NCBI GenBank assembly: GCA_963674965.2 | Contig: CAXXFL010000001.1 | Coordinates: 1,504,001-1,568,000 of the forward strand | Direction of reading: 5' to 3' | Length of the DNA: 64,000 bases | Origin: a bacterium | Lineage (GTDB): Bacteria; RBG-13-61-14; DATKZS01 | Part shown: positions 38,094 through 50,170 of the stretch, piece by piece | Position numbering within the stretch: position 1 is the first letter of the stretch | How the letters are laid out: the number at the start of each line of letters is the position of its first letter | Notes under the pieces: model-generated | The model's input: only the letters and a program-made list of their open reading frames with translations | Databases searched by the model: none | Told to the model about the DNA's origin: nothing | Program-made: the position numbers and the translations under genes

Positions 38094-39485
38094 CTACTCG
38101 GCGAAGTCCTCGTCCATGAGGAACTCGAGCACGCTGGACATCCCGATCTGGCGGGGAGGAAGGTCCCGCCTCCTCGGCATGAGCGGATATACGTCGGGAA
38201 AGCAGTAATCGCCTTCCTTCCACTGGGCGTCCCATTCCTCGGGTACCCGGCTTACGCGGTACTTGCGCATCCGCTCGTCCCGCCCCAGGCAATCGCCCTT
38301 TTCGTCGATAATGGGAAAACCCGCCAAAAAGGACGAGCCCGAGTCCACCGACTCGGTCGAGACCACCGCGCTGACCGCGTTGAAATGGGTCCGAAGCCCC
38401 TCCACGTCGGCGGCCTTTTTCCATATCATTTTTTTAAGGAGTCCCACCATCCTGGCGCGGTCGTCGGGATGGACCTTGTCCGCCTTGGAGGCGGCGAATG
38501 CGATGCGCGTGATGCCGGCTGGACGCCACTTCAGGATTCCGCCGGCCTGGAAGAGGTCGAGCAGGGCGCGGGGCGCTCGATCGAGAAGCCCGGCCCCGGG
38601 ATCGAGGGCGTGGAGGAGAAGCTCGAGAATCTCCCGGTTATCGTCGTACATGCCCACGCCCGCGGCCAGGAGGGTGGTAATATCAACCAGAACCACCAGC
38701 CGGTGGCAGTCCTTCAGATAGCTCGTAATGGGAGAGGCCACGCGGCTCACGTAGTCGTCGAAGCGCGACTCGAAGGCTCGGGCCAGGCCGGGATCGAGTT
38801 CCCGGAGCCGCGCCGACATGGGGGCGAACTGGCTGGTCTGGCTTATCCCGGAGGACCTTTGCCTGGCCACGGTTTCGGCGTCGGCCATGGCGGCCCTGTC
38901 TCCCGAGGTCCCGAGCAGGAAGGTGGAGGGACTGACGAGCGGCTTGTAGTTCAAGATGAGGTTGGCCATGGCCAGCTTGTAGGCGTGGACCAGTTGTTCC
39001 TCCAAGGCCGCGTCCTTTTTCTGCAGGGCCAGGAAATCCCCGGCGTGCTCGCGGTAGTCGCCCTGGTTGGCCAGGTGTCCGAGCATGAAGTCCGACCATC
39101 TCGAATAGGACCCGTGCTCGACCATGACCACGTCGGCAATGCGCTCTCCCGGGAAATCGAAGAACTCGAGCTCGGCCCTGGTGAACCTCCAATCGGAGCG
39201 CTCGAATGAGCAGCGGTAATAGGAGACGTCGGCCGTCTTCTCGGGCCATGAGCCCTTGTTGACCAGGCTGTCGCGATTCCCCTCGTAGTTGAAGGCGGCC
39301 CTCCCGTCGCCCGCGGGCAGGGGCTGGAACCTTCGCGCGGAGACCTCGCCGTCCCCCATGGGCAAAAGGGAAGGGTCGTGGTCGCGCAGGTGGTTGATAA
39401 GGGAGGTCAGGAACACGGTCTTGCCCGAGTTGTAAAGCCCGGTTACGCCTATCCTCCTCCTCCACGTGTAAATCTTGGGCGCCAT
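38094..39485 (-). CDS. ycjX: YcjX-family P-loop NTPase
   Basis: GVTGLYNSGKTVFLTSLIN, WPEKT, DFPGE, VVLVD, FAASKAD. Confidence 0.88.
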   Translation of the reverse strand: MAPKIYTWRRRIGVTGLYNSGKTVFLTSLINHLRDHDPSLLPMGDGEVSARRFQPLPAGDGRAAFNYEGNRDSLVNKGSWPEKTADVSYYRCSFERSDWRFTRAELEFFDFPGERIADVVMVEHGSYSRWSDFMLGHLANQGDYREHAGDFLALQKKDAALEEQLVHAYKLAMANLILNYKPLVSPSTFLLGTSGDRAAMADAETVARQRSSGISQTSQFAPMSARLRELDPGLARAFESRFDDYVSRVASPITSYLKDCHRLVVLVDITTLLAAGVGMYDDNREILELLLHALDPGAGLLDRAPRALLDLFQAGGILKWRPAGITRIAFAASKADKVHPDDRARMVGLLKKMIWKKAADVEGLRTHFNAVSAVVSTESVDSGSSFLAGFPIIDEKGDCLGRDERMRKYRVSRVPEEWDAQWKEGDYCFPDVYPLMPRRRDLPPRQIGMSSVLEFLMDEDFAE

Positions 39486-39757
39486 TTTAGCTCCGTGAAT
39501 AGTATAGCCAAAGGCCCGGGATTTTTCAGAAAATCAAAGAGTCAAACGTCTTTGCCGCTTGGATCTTCCTTTGCTTAGCGCGTTACGCTTTCTCGGTCAG
39601 CTCTTATTGGACGGCGCCGCTTTACCTGATATAATCGCCGCTAATCCGGCGCGTTTATAAATAACCTGATTGGCAATGATTTTTAACAATAGGTTTTCGC
39701 GTCTGGCCGTGGTTTAATCGCCGGTATCATTCATTGCATGAGTCGCAAAAGGAAGAA

Positions 39758-42487
39758 ATGAACGAGAATGGAAACGCAAAATGGGGCCTGATTTTTGCGC
39801 TTGTATATCCCGCGTTATTTTATATTCCCTATATTTTCGACGGGACCACTTCCATATTGCCTTCCTATCAGGACGAGTCTCAGTGGCTACTGTACTACGA
39901 CTTTATCGCCAGAAGTTTTTCCGAGGGTTACTTTCCGCTCTGGACGCCCGACCTTTACTGCGGCATGCCGTTTTTGGCCTGGTCTCACTCCGCCGCGTTA
40001 TATCCTTCGAGCGTCATTTTTTCTTTTCTTGATTTCGTTACGGCGGCCTGGGCCAATCAATGGATTCACGCGGCGGTCTATTCATCAGGCGTTTATCTTT
40101 TATGCCGCCGGGCGGGCGCTCGAGTCCCCGCTTCGATAGCGGCGACCACCGCGGCGGTCCCTCTATTCCTTTTGACTAACTTGGGGCACTTCCTTCCCAA
40201 TATCAGGACCGGAGTCTGGATACCTCTTCTTTTTCTGTCGATCGTGGAACTGACGACCAGGCGAAGCGTCAAGTGGCTTTTCTTTTTTATACTCATCAAC
40301 TTCCTCATGTACCTTGGCGGCCAGGTCGAGTTGATAGGACTTGCCTATGAGGCCGCGGCCGTCGCTCTTATCGTGGCCGGAATTGTCTTTTGGAGATACC
40401 GCGGCAAAATATTGTCCGCCTACGCGCTTGTGGGAGTCGGCTTTGCTCTTGGTTTTCTTGCGTCTCAAGTCCAGTCCTTGCCCACTCTCGAACTGACCCA
40501 TTACAGCGTAAGAGGCCAGGGACTTACCTACGAATATTTCAAGATTTGGTCCAACCGCCACGTTAATCTTGTTTTTTGGCTTCCTTATCTCGTGTCTGGA
40601 CTCGGAGTGACCGCTATTGTCGCGGCCCTCTCCACTTTAAAAAAGTCGGCGGCCGTAATGATAGCCTCAATAACTCTCGTTTATTGCGCCGCCCTGGTCC
40701 ATGATCTGTTCGGTATTATGTGGGTACTTTACCAAGTCCCCGTTTTAAAGGGCTTATTGGCCCATTCCAGGATATTATTTATAGGAGAAATCATTCTCCA
40801 GGTAATCATCGCCCTGGGCGTTCAGAAAATACTTGATGATAGACGACTATCGTGGCGGATAGGTCTGGCTGGGGCCTTGACATTGGCGGCCATCGTCTGG
40901 TGGCTCGCCGTCATTCCTCGGCTTGGCGATATAATAAAGATAGGCGAACCCAACTCGCGCGGCCCCGCGGAAAAAATCCTTGTGACCATGGGGTATTGCC
41001 TACCCCTCGCGGCCCTGATCGGTTTTTCCGCGCCTTGGTGGGAAAGGATTTCAAGGCGACTGCCGGTTTTTCCCTCCGCCGCCGTCGTTTTAATTTTCGG
41101 TTTGACCTACGCCGTTCCCCTATGGGTCGGAATGCCTCACAATCCGTCCGACCCCTTCAAACACTCGAGCGATTACGTTCAATTCATGAAAAATCATCGA
41201 GGTCTTCATCGGGTCCAGACCATTTACTCATGGGAGAACTGGGAAGACGTCAGCGTGCCTTTACAATCGGGCATACTTTATGGGACGCGCTCGGCGGACG
41301 GGTTTATTACGGTCTCGCTCGACCGGTATACCCGCCTTATGGACTTGATCGCTCCAGGGACTTTAGAGGAAAAGAATGGCAAGATAAACGACCTCGAGGC
41401 CACCCGTTCCTTCAAGGAAGGCGATTTTATCAGCGCGTCCGCGGTCCCGCTGATCAACCTTTTGGGTATGCGTTATCTGGTGGCGGAGAAAAGAAACTTG
41501 AAGTTCGCGGATCATTTTTTTCTATATTACCCCGACTCCCCACTATTAATGGATACAAGTGGAGGCAAACCTTCTGAAGACGAAACGAGGGTTGGAATAG
41601 AAGGCTTCGCTTCATTCCCGCTGTCCATAAACCGGGGAGACCTTCTTGAAGGTGGACTGTTCGTAAAGGAACAACCGGCCTTTATTATTATATCGTCCCA
41701 TCCCGAGAACGAGACAAAAACGCGTCGGTTGCTCTATGCAAGGTATTTAAGAAAGGAATCGGACGCTGATCTCTTGGCCAATCTGTCCAAGGTGGAGGGA
41801 CACGCGACGATAAGTATCGCGGCGATCGGCGGCAATGGACCATCAAACATTATCTTTATTCGGCCAACGATAATAAATAATGATAAATTTCTGAGGCGCC
41901 TGCCCGTCGGGCAAGATTTCAGCGTCTTTGAGAACTCTCAAGCCTTATCGCCGGCTTTCATTCCCACCAACGCCTCGGCCATGACCAAATCCGAGGCCCT
42001 CGAATATATGGGGTCCCCTGATTTTTCACCTGAGCGTGAGGCCGTTTACGAGGGAAAGGCCGTTCATGGCCTTCGATTTGCCCCGCTGAAAAAGGGAGAG
42101 GGCGCCAAGACTAATTACTCCTCCTCGGAGAGGATCGAGATCGTCGTCATCGCGTCCGTCACCAGGCTTGTGGTGCTTACGGAATGTTATTTCCCAGGCT
42201 GGCGCGCGTGGGTTGACGGCCGGGAGGAGATTATTCGGCCCGCGGACTACGCTTTTCGAGGCGTCGAGGTACGTCCGGGGCTACATAAAATCCAAATGGC
42301 TTACGAGCCGGCTTCATTCCGGATAGGCCTCTGGATTTCTATTGGAAGCCTGTTTTTTTTAGTCACCGCGATCTTGCTCTATGGTTTAAGGCGGCGGTAT
42401 ATACTATTATCTGAGCGGGCCGAACCCCACCCGGCAAAGGGAAACGCCGTCTCTTTGGAGAATGATCGCAAAGTCCCCGTAAGTTAA
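39758..42487 (+). CDS. YfhO-family polytopic membrane protein (GT-C-like)
   Basis: FPLWTP..YCGMP...LYP N-terminus, many TMs, C-terminal YFPGWRAWVDG...ADYAFRGV...GLH. Confidence 0.8.
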   Translation: MNENGNAKWGLIFALVYPALFYIPYIFDGTTSILPSYQDESQWLLYYDFIARSFSEGYFPLWTPDLYCGMPFLAWSHSAALYPSSVIFSFLDFVTAAWANQWIHAAVYSSGVYLLCRRAGARVPASIAATTAAVPLFLLTNLGHFLPNIRTGVWIPLLFLSIVELTTRRSVKWLFFFILINFLMYLGGQVELIGLAYEAAAVALIVAGIVFWRYRGKILSAYALVGVGFALGFLASQVQSLPTLELTHYSVRGQGLTYEYFKIWSNRHVNLVFWLPYLVSGLGVTAIVAALSTLKKSAAVMIASITLVYCAALVHDLFGIMWVLYQVPVLKGLLAHSRILFIGEIILQVIIALGVQKILDDRRLSWRIGLAGALTLAAIVWWLAVIPRLGDIIKIGEPNSRGPAEKILVTMGYCLPLAALIGFSAPWWERISRRLPVFPSAAVVLIFGLTYAVPLWVGMPHNPSDPFKHSSDYVQFMKNHRGLHRVQTIYSWENWEDVSVPLQSGILYGTRSADGFITVSLDRYTRLMDLIAPGTLEEKNGKINDLEATRSFKEGDFISASAVPLINLLGMRYLVAEKRNLKFADHFFLYYPDSPLLMDTSGGKPSEDETRVGIEGFASFPLSINRGDLLEGGLFVKEQPAFIIISSHPENETKTRRLLYARYLRKESDADLLANLSKVEGHATISIAAIGGNGPSNIIFIRPTIINNDKFLRRLPVGQDFSVFENSQALSPAFIPTNASAMTKSEALEYMGSPDFSPEREAVYEGKAVHGLRFAPLKKGEGAKTNYSSSERIEIVVIASVTRLVVLTECYFPGWRAWVDGREEIIRPADYAFRGVEVRPGLHKIQMAYEPASFRIGLWISIGSLFFLVTAILLYGLRRRYILLSERAEPHPAKGNAVSLENDRKVPVS

Positions 42488-42510
42488 CTAAATTTGCCCT
42501 ATGGCCGCGT

Positions 42511-43563
42511 TCATTTCAGATACAGGATGTCTCCTATCAGCGTGGCGTTGTCCGAGACCTCGGTATCCGAGCCGGCGACCATGCCCGACAAGATTGAAGC
42601 TCCCCGCTCGCCCCTTACCATCGAAGGCTTTCCTTCCAGGACCTCGACGGCCGAGAGCCGGAGGTTCATCATCCGGCCGGCCGTGAACTCCGCCGAAAGC
42701 GCCAGTCCGTCGGCCGCCTTGTTGGGCTGGTCCTTAATGGGCTCTCCCGTGAACGCGCCCATGCCGAGCACCACCCAGGTGCCCCTGATCCTCATCAGCC
42801 CGCCGGCCGAGCGCGGCCCGTGGCCAAGGACGAGGTCCGCCCCGAAATTCACCGCCTCCCTTACCAGGGCCAACTCGTCCTCGCTCATCTCCGGGTAGTC
42901 CCTTTCCGGCCAATGAAAAACCACTATACGGTAGGTGGCCTTCTTCTTCATCTCCTGCAGGCCGTTGATCATGGACTGCCTTTCGTAAAAGGAGGGAGCG
43001 GCCTTGCCCGCCTGGACGACCTCCTCCGGCGGACGGTCCAGGGTCACGCTCATTATCGAAACCTTGACCGGCCCGCGGTAAAGATATATAGGAGAACGCG
43101 CCTGCTCGGCGTCCAACCCCGCGCCCACGACGTTGAACCCCTCGCTCATGAAGTAGTTGAGGGAAGAGGCCAACGACTCCTGACCGCAATCCAGGGCGTG
43201 GTCGTCGGCCAGGTTCAGCACGCGGACGTTGGAGGAGGAAAGGGAGGACAGCCAATCGGGGTCCCAGGTAATGGGGTCGGGCCGATAAGCCGGGACGCAA
43301 TCGATGGCAAGTGCGCCGGCAAAATCGGCCAGGGTCGCGTCCCTCTCCAATAAAAAGGGACGCATATTGGCCAGAGGGTCCTGGGAATCGCCGAACAACA
43401 AGGTCGAGCCAACCATGGGCCGGACCTCTCCCACGGCGGAGAATTTATAAAGAGAATTGTCCACCGGGTCCCTGGCGCCGGCGCACTCGAAGATAAAAAC
43501 GCAGCAGGCGGAAAGGGCCAGGCCCGATAAAATCAATCCGACGGGATAGGAGAGTCTTTTCAT
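42511..43563 (-). CDS. CapA/PgsA-family metallophosphoesterase-like protein, degenerate
   Basis: NLADDHALDCG, FHW, GADLVLGHGP; possible lipobox LSAC. Confidence 0.7.
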   Translation of the reverse strand: MKRLSYPVGLILSGLALSACCVFIFECAGARDPVDNSLYKFSAVGEVRPMVGSTLLFGDSQDPLANMRPFLLERDATLADFAGALAIDCVPAYRPDPITWDPDWLSSLSSSNVRVLNLADDHALDCGQESLASSLNYFMSEGFNVVGAGLDAEQARSPIYLYRGPVKVSIMSVTLDRPPEEVVQAGKAAPSFYERQSMINGLQEMKKKATYRIVVFHWPERDYPEMSEDELALVREAVNFGADLVLGHGPRSAGGLMRIRGTWVVLGMGAFTGEPIKDQPNKAADGLALSAEFTAGRMMNLRLSAVEVLEGKPSMVRGERGASILSGMVAGSDTEVSDNATLIGDILYLK

Positions 43564-43713
43564 TCTTTGTCTGTCGGCCTCCTTCGGTGCATAATATGGC
43601 CGGGAGGATAAAGTTTCAAATCCTCCGGCCTTTAATAATGATACACCCGGCCAATAAGGCCGCCGTCTCGGACCTTATGGCTTGGCCTTTAAGCTTGGCG
43701 CTGAAGATTTTTC

Positions 43714-44748
43714 ATGAGTATTAAAACGGACATATTGAACTTTATTGGAGGCGTTCCCGACCGGGTCCTGATTTCTCTTCCCGACCCGAGCGTGGAAAAA
43801 TGTGGTGATGGTCGCGAGACATATTTGGAAAAACTGGACCATTACTCTCGCGAGAAATGGGACCGGCAAGACAAACCCTTTTTCCAGATTCCCCATTCCC
43901 CGCCGACCTGGCAAGAAGGACCGCCGGTTCCATACCGATCGGGCGAGCGGGTCCTTATTACCTATCCGACCAGGTACGAGCCGACCCTGCCCTTTATCGG
44001 GGATGAGTTCCGCTCGTATAAGGAAAACCTGAGCGGTTATATTAACCTCTGGAGGCACGGACCCAAGCCCGGACCTTTCCTGGTCCTTTGCATCCACGGC
44101 TTCATGATGGGCTCGCCAGGAAGATCGGAGCAAATATTCAGGGTGTCAAAGATGTTCGACGCCGGCCTCGACGTGGCCCTTTACGCATTGCCCCATCACT
44201 GGAAACGCGCCAGGCGAGGCGTTCAGCGGCTGCTCAATCCCGGGAATATTCCTCTCACCATCGAGAGCTTCGGCCAGAATTTGAGCGACCTTCATTCCTC
44301 CGTGCTTCTCCTCCACGAGATGGGGTACGAGCGGATTGGAATCATCGGCGCCAGCATGGGCGGTCTGACCGCGACCCTGTACGCGACCCTCGAGGCGGAC
44401 GTGGACTTCCTGTTCATGGCCGTTCCGGCCGTCAACATGGACCACTACCTATCGCCCCGTCAAAAAAACTTCTCCTTCCAGGTGGACGGCGAATTGAGAA
44501 GAAAGACCGCCGAGGCCCTCGAGCTTATATCGCCTCTCCACCTCGAGCCCCGGTTCGACGTCTCCAAAATTTGCGTGGTCATGCACGCCGGCGACCGAAT
44601 ATGCGAGGCCGGTCTCACCAGGCAATGGATATCCAAGTGGGGCATTAAAAGACGCGTCGAGGTCACGGGCGGCCACTGGCTATATCTTGACCGCAAGGTT
44701 CGAGGCAAAACCTGGTACGGATGGCTCGCGGAGCAAGGCTATCTTTAA
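43714..44748 (+). CDS. Alpha/beta hydrolase
   Basis: CIHGF, GASMGG nucleophile elbow, GDRI, GGH. Confidence 0.82.
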   Translation: MSIKTDILNFIGGVPDRVLISLPDPSVEKCGDGRETYLEKLDHYSREKWDRQDKPFFQIPHSPPTWQEGPPVPYRSGERVLITYPTRYEPTLPFIGDEFRSYKENLSGYINLWRHGPKPGPFLVLCIHGFMMGSPGRSEQIFRVSKMFDAGLDVALYALPHHWKRARRGVQRLLNPGNIPLTIESFGQNLSDLHSSVLLLHEMGYERIGIIGASMGGLTATLYATLEADVDFLFMAVPAVNMDHYLSPRQKNFSFQVDGELRRKTAEALELISPLHLEPRFDVSKICVVMHAGDRICEAGLTRQWISKWGIKRRVEVTGGHWLYLDRKVRGKTWYGWLAEQGYL

Positions 44749-44780
44749 AGCTCTCGGCGGCGGCGAGCGAAGGAGCGGAC

Positions 44781-46902
<2,122 letters not shown>

Positions 46903-46934
46903 AAATGGAAAAGGGGGGGCTTGCCCGAGGCGGG

Positions 46935-48509
46935 ATGGATAAAAGGACCGTCATACTCGGCGCCACGCTCTCGCTCGCTTTCATCGCGATACTCGCCCCT
47001 TTCCTCGGCTTCGCGATCGACGACGCCTTTATCATATATCGGTACTCGGAGCACCTGGCCAATGGTCATGGTATCGTTTGGAACGTGGGCTACGGCCCGG
47101 AGGAAGGCTACACGTCATTTTTATGGGTGCTCCTGAACGCGGGCGCCGTCAAGTTTGGGGCCTCTCCCGTTATCTTCTCGAAGGTATTTTCCCTGGCCTG
47201 CTCGCTGGCCATCCTTTGGATTCTCGCGTATCGTGCCCGGACTCTAAGTCTTGGCGCCGGAATCATCCTGTCCGGGGCCATCGCCTTCAGCCCGGCCTTT
47301 GCCCTTCTCACGGCCCAGGGTCTGGAGACTTCCTTGGCCGCCCTTCTACTGACCCTTCTTGGCGGCGCCGCCATCTCGTCGGCCGGGAAGCCAAACTCGC
47401 GCGGGCCGGCTTTTTTCTTCGCGCTGTTCTTTCTCGCCTTCCTGGCCAGGCCGGACGCGGCGGTTTTCGCGAGCGGCGCCGCCGTAACCATGGGAGCGAT
47501 CTTTCTCGCGAAAAAGGATTACTCCTCGCTTGGTAAGATGACCCTCGCGGGAGGCGGGGCGCTGTTGCTTTTTCTCGGATACATGGGCTGGCGCTATTTT
47601 TATTTCGGACATTTACTTCCCAATCCTTACCTGGTGAAGATCGAGGCTGGACAGGGGCTAATAAAGCCCAGGGCCTTGGCGTCGGTGATCAGCTTCGTTT
47701 TCGCCGTGCTTCTTCCCTACCTTATATATTTCGTTTATAGCGCGGCGAGGAATTGGGACCGCGCCCGTTTTATCAGCGTCTTGCCCGTATTGGTCGGCTT
47801 TGTATTGCATCTTTTATATCTTTTGACGGTCCTTCCCATTCAGGCCTATCTTTGGCGCTACGTCTTTCCGGCGTATCCCGCTTTCCTGCTTGCGACCGGT
47901 TATTATTTATCCGGCGCGAGGCCCGGCAAGATTAGCGAACGGCGATGGCTTAGCCGCGCTCTTTGCGCGATGGTTCTCATTTATTGTCTGGCCACCTTCC
48001 CCCTCGCTTTTGAGTACAAGGAAAATAAAAACTCTCATGACAGGATCGAGGCGGGCAAGGCCCTTAGCGGACTCGCCGGAGTCATGTTCGTTTCCGAGTC
48101 CGGCGCCGTGCCCTATTACTCGGGCTGGAGGGCCATCGACCTTATCGGCCTCAACTACCGGCCCATCGCGGAAAAGGGCCTGGACCCGGTCATTCTCGAG
48201 GCGATCGACCCCGATCTCGTGCTCATCCATGAGCCCTCCGGCAAATATTCCCCCCATTTGAAAAACAAAATAGTGGTAAACGAGTACATGATTTCAAACG
48301 GCTTCGCGGCGGTGGCCGCCGTCAAAAAGACCGAGGGCGAGTACCATTTCTATTTCGCCAGGCAAGACTCGCCCCTTTTTAAAAAGATCGCCGTGAGGCT
48401 CAACTCGATCGAGTCGGTCGAGTACGGGGACCTTGGCAAACTTGTGTGGGAAAAAAGAATGCCTATTATAGACGGAAGGTACAGGGCCGCTCCCGGCGGC
48501 GGGCACTAA
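46935..48509 (+). CDS. GT-C-like membrane glycosyltransferase (arabinofuranosyltransferase-like)
   Basis: DDAFIIYRY..HLANGHG..WN...EGYTSFLW, GLET, ARPDA, YFGHLLPN, GAVPYYS...ID.IGL; alternative start 46905. Confidence 0.72.
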   Translation: MDKRTVILGATLSLAFIAILAPFLGFAIDDAFIIYRYSEHLANGHGIVWNVGYGPEEGYTSFLWVLLNAGAVKFGASPVIFSKVFSLACSLAILWILAYRARTLSLGAGIILSGAIAFSPAFALLTAQGLETSLAALLLTLLGGAAISSAGKPNSRGPAFFFALFFLAFLARPDAAVFASGAAVTMGAIFLAKKDYSSLGKMTLAGGGALLLFLGYMGWRYFYFGHLLPNPYLVKIEAGQGLIKPRALASVISFVFAVLLPYLIYFVYSAARNWDRARFISVLPVLVGFVLHLLYLLTVLPIQAYLWRYVFPAYPAFLLATGYYLSGARPGKISERRWLSRALCAMVLIYCLATFPLAFEYKENKNSHDRIEAGKALSGLAGVMFVSESGAVPYYSGWRAIDLIGLNYRPIAEKGLDPVILEAIDPDLVLIHEPSGKYSPHLKNKIVVNEYMISNGFAAVAAVKKTEGEYHFYFARQDSPLFKKIAVRLNSIESVEYGDLGKLVWEKRMPIIDGRYRAAPGGGH

Positions 48510-48565
48510 TTATGGAAGGCAATCGTTATGCTCTTCCGCTTGCTTATTCTAAAGTGAGGCGCCAG

Positions 48566-50152
48566 ATGAACGTCAGAACGCTAGGATTATTGATGGCCTT
48601 GATCGTCTTTTTTTTCTGCTCGGCCGCCGAGGCCATGTCCCGGCAAATCATAGCCAAGACCGAGGCCGGGCTGGCCAAGGGTTACGTCACCGAGGACGGG
48701 GCCGTCTTCTACTGGCTCGGAATCCCCTACGCGGCTCCGCCCACGGGAGACCTGAGATGGAAAAGACCCGCCCCCCATCCTGGGTGGGAAGGCGCGCGCC
48801 CCGCCGACGAATACGGCGAGAAATGCGTTCAGCTAAGCGCCCTCGGGGGCAAGGGCCTGAAAATGCATGGGAGCGAGGACTGCCTTTTCCTCAACGTCTG
48901 GCGTCCCGCCAAGAGCGGCAAGTTTCCCGTCATGGTCTGGATACACGGCGGCAGCCTGATGATGGGCGGCTCCGACTCTCCACTTTACGTTGGCGAGCGT
49001 TTCGCTCGCGAGCATGACGTGGTGGTGGTGTCCTTCAACTACCGCCTGGGCGTCCTGGGTTTTCTCGCTCACCCCGACCTACAAAAGGAGGACCCCGACG
49101 CCTCGGTGGGCGGCTATGGGATGATGGACCAGATAGCCGCGCTCGAATGGGTCCAAAACAACATCGAGAGCTTTGGCGGAGACCCCTCCAACGTGACCAT
49201 CTTCGGCGAGAGCGCCGGAGGCTGGAGCGTGTGCGCGCTTATGGCCTCGCCCGCGGCCAAGGGCCTTTTCCACCGGGCCATCCAGGAAAGCGGCGGATGC
49301 AGGCGGTCCGTGACTCTCGATCAGGGGTTCGACTTCGGCAATTCCTTCGCCAAGGAACTCGGCTGCGACGCGGGAAACGTCGCCGAATGCATGAGGGAGG
49401 TCCCCGCCTCGAGGGTCATGAAACTGGCGCCCTGGGACCCCACGGGCCGGACCGTTCCCTTCAAGCCCAACGAGGACGGATACCTGCTGAAGAAAAAACC
49501 CATTGACCACGTAAGGAGCGGCGACTACAACCACGTTCCTTACATGGCCGGGTCCAACCGCGACGAGTATAAAATACTCGCCCTCGTGCAATGGGACGTA
49601 AGAACAATGGACCGCGAGGCGTACGAGAAAAAAATCCGGGAGGAACACGGGCAGTGGGCCGACCGTTTCCTGGCCCTGTACGATCCCTCCGATTTCGACT
49701 CGCCCTCCGAGGCCTACCTGGCCAAGGAAGCCGACGGCCGACCCGGCTGCGGAGGCCTGGACGCGGTCATGGCCATGAGCGCCCACCAGCAGGAAGTCTA
49801 CTATTACCGGTTCGACTTCGACGATATCCCCTTCTCGAAAAAACTGGGGGCTTTTCACGGGCTCGAGATACCGCTGGTGTTCGGTACCTACCAGGACCCT
49901 CCGGTGAAATCCATTCTGGGCAAAAAGAACGTCGCGGCCGCGGCGCCGCTATCCGGGAAGATGCAGGCATATTGGGCCAACTTCGCCAAGACCGGCAATC
50001 CCAATGGGGAGGACCTTCCTGAATGGCCGGCCTTCGAGGGTGAGCAAAGGCAAAGGATCGTGTTCGACTCGAGCCGGACGGAGGTCATAACTCAGCCCGA
50101 AATCCAGCTCGAGCGCTGCCGGCTCTGGGAGGAATTTTCGGCCGGCGATTGA
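48566..50152 (+). CDS. Secreted type-B carboxylesterase (para-nitrobenzyl esterase family)
   Basis: Signal peptide, GIPYAAPP, SEDCL, HGG, FGESAGG, HGLEI. Confidence 0.92.
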   Translation: MNVRTLGLLMALIVFFFCSAAEAMSRQIIAKTEAGLAKGYVTEDGAVFYWLGIPYAAPPTGDLRWKRPAPHPGWEGARPADEYGEKCVQLSALGGKGLKMHGSEDCLFLNVWRPAKSGKFPVMVWIHGGSLMMGGSDSPLYVGERFAREHDVVVVSFNYRLGVLGFLAHPDLQKEDPDASVGGYGMMDQIAALEWVQNNIESFGGDPSNVTIFGESAGGWSVCALMASPAAKGLFHRAIQESGGCRRSVTLDQGFDFGNSFAKELGCDAGNVAECMREVPASRVMKLAPWDPTGRTVPFKPNEDGYLLKKKPIDHVRSGDYNHVPYMAGSNRDEYKILALVQWDVRTMDREAYEKKIREEHGQWADRFLALYDPSDFDSPSEAYLAKEADGRPGCGGLDAVMAMSAHQQEVYYYRFDFDDIPFSKKLGAFHGLEIPLVFGTYQDPPVKSILGKKNVAAAAPLSGKMQAYWANFAKTGNPNGEDLPEWPAFEGEQRQRIVFDSSRTEVITQPEIQLERCRLWEEFSAGD

Positions 50153-50170
50153 GGAAAACCGAGGAGATGA

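Noticed and set aside
37206-39209. 667-aa plus-strand ORF
   Set aside because: Antisense to ycjF/ycjX with unnatural composition
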